The notes under the pieces: model-generated
Seen by the model: only the letters and a program-made list of their open reading frames with translations
What the model was told of the DNA's origin: nothing
Databases searched by the model: none
DNA from: Iphione sp. A-MEVVRFRX5
Taxonomy: Eukaryota
Direction: 5' to 3'
DNA length: 64,000 nt
NCBI GenBank assembly: GCA_976226885.1
Contig: OZ320315.1
Location: forward strand, 18,662,001-18,726,000
Program-made: the position numbers and the translations under genes
In this document: positions 61,035 through 64,000 of the stretch, in pieces
Layout: the number at the start of each line of letters is the position of its first letter
Numbering within the stretch: the first letter of the stretch is position 1

Positions 61035-61873
61035 CAGCTGAAAAGTAACAAGACTTCATGTGGGCAATCACGCAGCAAACCTTCGTAAGTGAGGTTGCAG
61101 AGGCTGCAAACCGGCACGTCGTGTATTCGTCGTACTTTGTCAGAGGACGGAGGCCGCTTCATTCGCGCTTCTGAGGATGACGAGGCTGACTGAGGGTCAT
61201 CACTGGCGTGCTGGGCTGACCCGCAGGATTGTTGTTCATTGTGCAAGAACAGCGACTACCACAATGTATCATCGAGTGGGATCTGTGGAGAGGGGTACGC
61301 CGTGTCAACGACGACCAACCCTTAGACCTGTCGGGCCTGTCGTTGAAGGAGCGACTCGAGAGGCAAAGGGAACTGCAGCTACTAAGGCAGAAAGAGCCGG
61401 TGGCATCCGAGGGCACAAGGTGAGTGTCCCCCGACCCCTGGTGGGGACGGTCGGCTATGTCAGCTACCAATAGGGAACTCGGAGGGCCAGGTTGCCTGCA
61501 GCTACCCCCTGCCGAGGTGGGCAGGATGCCAAGCCCACCCACGGACCTGCATCCCCAAGACCTGAGGTACGCCATCACGAAACGATGCAAGGCGAGGGCT
61601 GAGTCGGTCAACAAACAGATGCACCAGCTACTGCGGTCAATGCAGGATGGGGAAATCTCCCATCACGAGGCCCTTCTATGGTGGAATGTGGGTTGCGGGC
61701 AGGTGGTGAAGAAAGTGGTGGTGGCAGCTGGGCTGCAGCGACCTGGACAAGCAACGAGCGCATGAGACCCGATTGATCACAACCAACCATGAAGATGAAA
61801 GGTGAGCAGGGTTTCTGAACGTCCTCTGCCAAGATCTTGAGGGAAGGGACCTTAGAAGGTAGGGTCCCTTAAG

Positions 61874-62700
61874 ACGCAAAGATTGGATTTGACCACCTTA
61901 CAATTTGATTCCCGGTCCGTTGGGTATATCATTGTTATGCTCCTCATCGTGTCCATACTAATGGGGGCTTTAGGCTACCTAGCATGTAAATTGATCCCTG
62001 GATGTGGGACCTCTGAACTAGTGATAATGGGAATGGAGTCCTAGCCCTATGATCTACCTAGTTCCCAGTGAGATTCTCCCATGGCGGAATCCCAGGGTCC
62101 AGCTCCCATGGAGGTAGGACCCAATGTACAGCGTTGTTTTAGGGGAATAGATCAACATTTAGCCAAGGTAACCGAGAATTTGAGCAAACAAGGGGCAAAA
62201 CAGTCTGTTCCCAGTTTCGATGGGAAGCCAAAGAACTTCAAGCCCTGGATGAAAGCAGTTGAGCATGCAACTATAGGGTATATTGTACAGCCGGATGGTG
62301 AAGTATGCTTCAAGCAGCGTTTGGCCCAGTTAACAACTGAGGGTCCTGTGGCAGACTATTATCCGCTACATTGAGGAACAGGACAATCGGTTACGAGGAA
62401 ACGACCCCCAGATAATAGAGCCCGTGTTGACGGTGGTTGAATGGGAGTGGTTCACAGAGCAGTTATCACACCAGTTTGGGGAGGTGATAGATCTGGTCCA
62501 CGCAAAGGGACTATTGAGGAAGTGCAAACAATGCTCTGATGAAACAATTTATGTATACTCTGAGTGGTTGCTTGACTTGGCCCGAGACGCTTTTCACTGC
62601 AGAGAATGGCATTATGGCCGCCGTCGAGTAGAGACGTGTCCACGGGGGAGAGCGGTGCGGTTGTTATTTTATTGTTGTTACCACCCATGTATGACAACGT
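61874..62700 (+). pseudogene. Gypsy-like gag remnant with an in-frame upstream hydrophobic helix
   Basis: VPSFDGKPKNFKPWMKAVE, ETIYVYSEWLLDLA; upstream in frame GYIIVMLLIVSILMGALGYLAC across two stops. Confidence 0.6.
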
Positions 62701-62764
62701 AAATCCACCGAAGGTGAAAATAGTGACTTGCTATACACAGTAGGAGTACTAAAAGACAAAAACA

Positions 62765-64000
62765 ATGGGAAGGAAGCAGATTATTACCTCCAACAATGAT
62801 AAACCTCGCCAACGGACATCTGATCGTTTGAAATCGAGCCAGAGCAACGGGTCTGAGGGCCGGAGTGGTCCTAACAAACAAGGGTCACTAACTAGGACAG
62901 CCAGCCGGGACTCAACAACACAGCATATTAAGTCATTTTCAAATCCCTCTTGCTCTTCTACCTCTCCTAACAAATTTGCCATGCTTTCTGATGAAATGTC
63001 TAGTCAAGTTGCAGCTATCCTTAATGGAGACAATGACAATACCATCCATAGTGATACTAACACAGTAACTGACGACACTACAGTGGTTCTGACAAACTTG
63101 AATAATAGCATTGAGTCAGTACACACTACAGTAAATAATATGGTATTAAAGGAAGTCAGGGATCAACAAAACTCCCTCAAAAACGAAATAAAACTACTAA
63201 GAGGCGAAGTCAGTAACTCCAAGTCTATAATTGACGCCCTGAAGTATGAGAACATGCTGTTAAAAAGGGATGTGGACGAGTTGAAAGCTGACAAAATTAT
63301 CTATGAGGTGAGATCAAGGAGGAATAATATTGTACTAAGAGGGGCGAAGAGAATTCATCAAAATGAGAGTGACATTGATATTGTGGGAAGGCATCTGAAG
63401 GCTATTTCTCCCAAATACAACGAGGATATGATCAACAGTATTCGAAACATATCCCCCTAAGCATATGCTAACATTAGCACGTACATCATCAAATTTGTTG
63501 AAACCAGTGACAGGGATCACTTCTATAAGAACAGGGCGAATCTAAGCAAAACTGAGCACTACAGCGATATCTGGTTGAATGAGGATATTCCTAGCTGTGC
63601 ACAGAAAATATATTTTGATCTAAAAAAATTAGCTAAGCTAGCTATCAGCTGAGGCCACAAAGCCACTGCATATGGTCTGTACATCATTATAGACGGAAAA
63701 AAGCTCAGTTTTCAAGAACTACATTTGATTCCTAAAGGCATTACACTCGAAAATGCACATTCAGTAGCAACAAAGAGCCATTACTATTTCGAAGAACGGG
63801 GTCACCCGCTAGCAACAGATTATGTAATGCCCTTCAAGCACAACGAGAACACTGTTGCAACGGTTGAGCAGGCCCTCACACTTGACATTGCGAAAGTGGG
63901 GAAGAGAGACGATTTGAAAAAACATATTCTTGAAACAACTGACTCACAGAAATTGAAGGAGATCCAAATCACCATCAAGAAATCTCTACCAAAAGAGATT
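62765..64000 (+). pseudogene. Third LINE-type ORF1p with NADAR-like domain from about 63780, cut by the window end
   Basis: Coiled coil, RRNNIVLRGAK, YIIKF, IWLNEDIP, IIIDGKK, then YYFEERGHPLATDYVMPFKHNENTVATVEQALTLDIAK..ILETTDSQKLK; two in-frame stops. Confidence 0.75.

Overview
This is eukaryotic (animal, probably marine invertebrate) genomic DNA made almost entirely of nested transposable elements; I see no prokaryotic operon or CRISPR array. In order it holds: a tRNA-derived SINE; a pogo/Tigger DNA transposon with an intact DD30D transposase; a decayed CR1/L2-group LINE next to a structurally complete DIRS1-type tyrosine-recombinase (YR) retrotransposon; a Penelope-like element interrupted by an L1/Tx1-clade LINE; a CR1-like LINE with three ORFs; a Polinton/Maverick fragment; the 3' half of a Gypsy element whose integrase frame runs on into about 1150 extra codons with two C2H2 fingers; one host exon resembling the N-terminus of APEH; an intact-looking Ngaro element; a second Gypsy 5' LTR/PBS/gag; and a LINE ORF1 cut by the window end. 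The main candidate novelty is that three highly diverged LINE-type ORF1 proteins all carry a C-terminal NADAR (YbiA-like ADP-ribose glycohydrolase fold) domain behind the coiled-coil/RRM/CTD core. Two of them sit in front of ORF2s from different clades, and one also has a separate SGNH-esterase-like ORF. All domain calls are by-eye motif recognition, not database searches, and approximate boundaries are marked as such.
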